DNA of 63,999 nt, filler included, from Octopus bimaculoides (taxonomy: Eukaryota), in NCBI RefSeq assembly GCF_001194135.2. It is 7 parts of 7 records of this genome, joined end to end, with 100 filler letters (N's around TTAATTAATTAA, not from the genome) between each part and the next. Parts side by side here need not be neighbours in the genome. Positions count along the whole stretch, not along the records: positions 62,923 to 63,999 come from NW_026429238.1; 6 more parts are not named here. One strand, given 5' to 3'. This document shows, one piece after another, positions 63,161 to 63,999 of this stretch (position 1 is its first letter; each line of letters starts with the position of its first letter). The translations under genes and the position numbers were made by a program. The notes under the pieces were generated by a model. That model had not been told where the DNA came from. It worked only from the letters and a program-made list of their open reading frames with translations, and made no database searches.

Positions 63161-63214
63161 ATCCACCCATACCTACACAACACACAACACACACAAACAC
63201 ACACACATAAAAGT

Positions 63215-63350
63215 TGTCAAGTTCGACTTTGCCTTTCATCCTTTCGGGATCGCTTAACTAAATACTAGTTATGCATCAGGGTCGATCTAATCGATTCGCC
63301 AGCACTGCCCAGAAACTGGTATTCTTTTGCCGAAATTTGAAAGCAATATA
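63215..63350 (+). mobile_element. SINE family B 3' fragment
   Basis: gttcgactttgcctttcatcctttcgggatcg..gggtcgatctaatcgatt..gccgaaatttgaaagc. Confidence 0.7.
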
Positions 63351-63429
63351 TAGGGAAGGGACATAACACTAATGTTATTTTCAGATGGTTGTTTTCGTCT
63401 CAGTTTAACCGAAGAAAAATATAAAGGTT

Positions 63430-63836
63430 AAGGGGAACATGGATCAGATTTTCCCTTGCCGCGGGCAAAGAAGTGCTTGGATGGTTGTCACACAAGGATG
63501 CGTCAAATGACCGTGGATGTGAAATTGCACTAGTGCATGACCAATGAGCATCTCTAAGGAAGTCATCCAAAAGTGACCAACAAGATCAGAGAATAATGTC
63601 CCCGCAGATCAGCTCATTTCATGCAGTACCAGGCTGAAGAATCATCAAAACCTGAGATCTGGGGCCCATAGCACGGTACCAGAAAGTATGAAAGACTTTG
63701 GCCGACAGTTATCGACAACTTGTAGTAGGACATCGGATTGGATTCTATCCACAAACTGAAGATTGTAATGCTGGATCGAGATGCTTATCGAAATGGTTTT
63801 GTTTTCGAGAACCGGTTGGGAGCCCGACCAAAGTAA
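63430..63836 (+). mobile_element. RTE-clade LINE 3' end
   Basis: Single frame with stops: LDGCHTRMRQM..MTNEHL*GSHPKVTNKIRE..IWGP*HGTR..IDNL**DIGL..VMLDRDAYR..GARPK*, matching the RTE ORF C-terminus. Confidence 0.78.
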
Positions 63837-63859
63837 GTGTTATGTCTCAAAGTAATGAT

Positions 63860-63999
63860 ATATGTCAATTTCTTATTTTGGGGAGGGGGGTAAGTCGATT
63901 ACATCAACCCCAGAACTCAGCTGGTACTTAATTTATCGACCCGAAAGGTTGAAAGGCAAAGTCGACTTCAGCGGAATTTGAACTCAGAACGTAGCGGCA
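63860..63999 (-). mobile_element. SINE family B, minus strand, runs off the window
   Basis: ctcagctggtacttaatttatcgacccgaaagg..ggcaaagtcgacttcagcggaatttgaactcagaacgt. Confidence 0.88.

Noticed and set aside
63755-63800. CTGAAGA..GAAA motif, and ORF 63698-63931 with a GTAAGT donor-like site as a host exon
   Set aside because: Another frame translates as an RTE C-terminus ending GARPK*; the words are incidental.

Overview
AT-rich, microsatellite-saturated animal nuclear DNA from a fragmented draft assembly. The SINE repertoire and repeat style resemble an octopus/cephalopod genome; this is inferred from recall, not from a search. The window is seven scaffold pieces joined by six artificial N44-TTAATTAATTAA-N44 linkers, with many other N gaps, so adjacency across linkers is unreliable. 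I could not support any host protein-coding exon, and nearly all listed ORFs are microsatellite or N-run artefacts. What can be read is a layered set of decayed transposons: one full-length DD34D mariner plus three mariner fragments; a long Tx1/L1-type LINE with a second diverged fragment; RTE, CR1-group, R4/Dong-like and Hero-like LINE ends; several Penelope-like elements (RT and GIY-YIG); a 221-bp solo LTR; MITE-like elements; and three tRNA-derived SINE families. The most interesting signal is a set of about seven type I hammerhead-ribozyme-like motifs of several sequence types. Two have intact catalytic cores (741-795, 41390-41484), one sits at the 3' end of a Penelope element (51921-51969), and two are homologous copies of one family (76-136, 42580-42641). 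Hammerheads in Penelope pseudo-LTRs are known biology, so I do not claim a new system, but these instances are testable. Also notable are a degenerate 150-bp tandem array with SINE insertions in register (44425-47650) and a template-switch-like hairpin plus inverted duplication (35537-36570).
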